64,000 nucleotides of DNA, taken from contig OX597833.1 in the NCBI GenBank assembly GCA_951406725.2, positions 17,112,001 through 17,176,000 of the forward strand, given 5' to 3'. The stretch's first letter is position 1, and each line of letters begins with the position of its first letter. Both the position numbers and the translations under genes were made by a program. This DNA comes from Octopus vulgaris. Its lineage: Eukaryota. Below are positions 63,972 to 64,000 of this stretch, piece after piece. The notes beneath the pieces were generated by a model. That model did no database searches. It worked only from the letters and a program-made list of their open reading frames with translations, and was not told the DNA's origin.

Positions 63972-64000
63972 TATATATACATACATATATATATATGTGT

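Overview
Eukaryotic, AT-rich, repeat-saturated genomic DNA with no recognisable intact host protein-coding gene. The mix of tRNA-derived SINE families and dense (TA)n/(TG)n/(TACA)n/(GATA)n microsatellites matches my recollection of octopod cephalopod (Octopus-like) intronic/intergenic DNA; this assignment is inference, not a database result. Nearly all ORFs in the track are microsatellite or SINE read-through artefacts. The real coding traces are decayed transposons: Tc1, mariner, DD41D-like, RTE, L1/Tx1, Penelope and REL-type LINEs, plus non-autonomous MITEs and two Helitron-like elements. Most notable: (1) at least nine hammerhead-ribozyme-like motifs from about four repeat families, including a ~345-bp retrozyme-like unit present as a decayed tandem array (29.1-30.4 kb) and as a dispersed monomer (16.8-17.1 kb), and two motifs with a U3-A8 compensatory-type core; (2) a young head-to-tail array of seven full-length 248-bp SINEs with no internal Pol III terminator; (3) multimeric SINEs bounded by single target-site duplications; (4) a four-level nested transposon stack and a duplicated SINE-mariner junction; (5) several long near-perfect palindromes. 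Coordinates of degenerate elements are approximate.
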